DNA of 64,000 bases from Camelus ferus (taxonomy: Eukaryota): the NCBI RefSeq assembly GCF_009834535.1, contig NC_045707.1, positions 56,360,001 to 56,424,000 of the forward strand, read 5' to 3'. The notes beneath the pieces were generated by a model. That model saw only the letters and a program-made list of their open reading frames with translations. It was not told the DNA's origin and ran no database searches. The position numbers and the translations under genes were made by a program. Shown here piece after piece: positions 63,644 to 64,000 of this stretch; the first letter of the stretch is position 1; each line of letters starts with the position of its first letter.

Positions 63644-63972
63644 AATCATATCAGTCCAAGTAAATTTCTTTTTGACAGAAATACTAGACTAATGAACAAA
63701 CTCACTCTCCCTCAAATATCATTAGGTGTAGTCTTTCTGAACTTTAGTAAGTCAATAGACAAGCTCTTTTATCTTATAGTTGTGAGCAAGATTTTATAAA
63801 AAAAGATGCTTTAATAGTGAATTAGAAAAATAATTGCCCTAGGAACACAATTCAAAGGGTCCAGATTAATGGAGTTGTGTAAACATGTAACAATTTTAAC
63901 AGTGTATTTCAGATATTTCAAGGTCCATTTTGGCTGTCCCATGTGGAATACATTTTATCAATTAATGTATTG

Positions 63973-64000
63973 AATAATAATGATAATAATAATAATAATA
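63973..64000. repeat. (AAT)n microsatellite, runs off the window end
   Basis: aataataatgataataataataataata. Confidence 0.9.

Overview
This is AT-rich mammalian (eutherian) non-coding DNA, either intergenic or deep intronic. I found no supportable host protein-coding exon, RNA gene or CpG island. The only ORFs I recognise are decayed retroelement proteins: L1 ORF2 pieces and an ERVL gag relic. A tRNA-derived SINE resembling camelid Vic-1, L1 3' ends of a type I associate with camelids, and the absence of Alu, Bov-A/tA, PRE1 and SINEC suggest a camelid genome (inference). The window is a layered transposon record. Ancient elements include MIR, L2, L1M, MLT1/MLT2, LTR16, a Gypsy-like LTR and DNA MITEs. 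Lineage-specific elements include ERV1 solo LTRs and very short young L1 insertions with readable TSDs. The most notable structures are: a ~99% identical pair of 453-bp solo LTRs 4,044 bp apart, one lacking its TSD; an inverted pair of MER41-like LTRs; an LTR-dense cluster at 33.5-50 kb; two triple-nested insertions; and a good CTCF-motif candidate. I found no convincing novel biological system. Repeat family names are from recall of consensus sequences and need Dfam/RepeatMasker confirmation.
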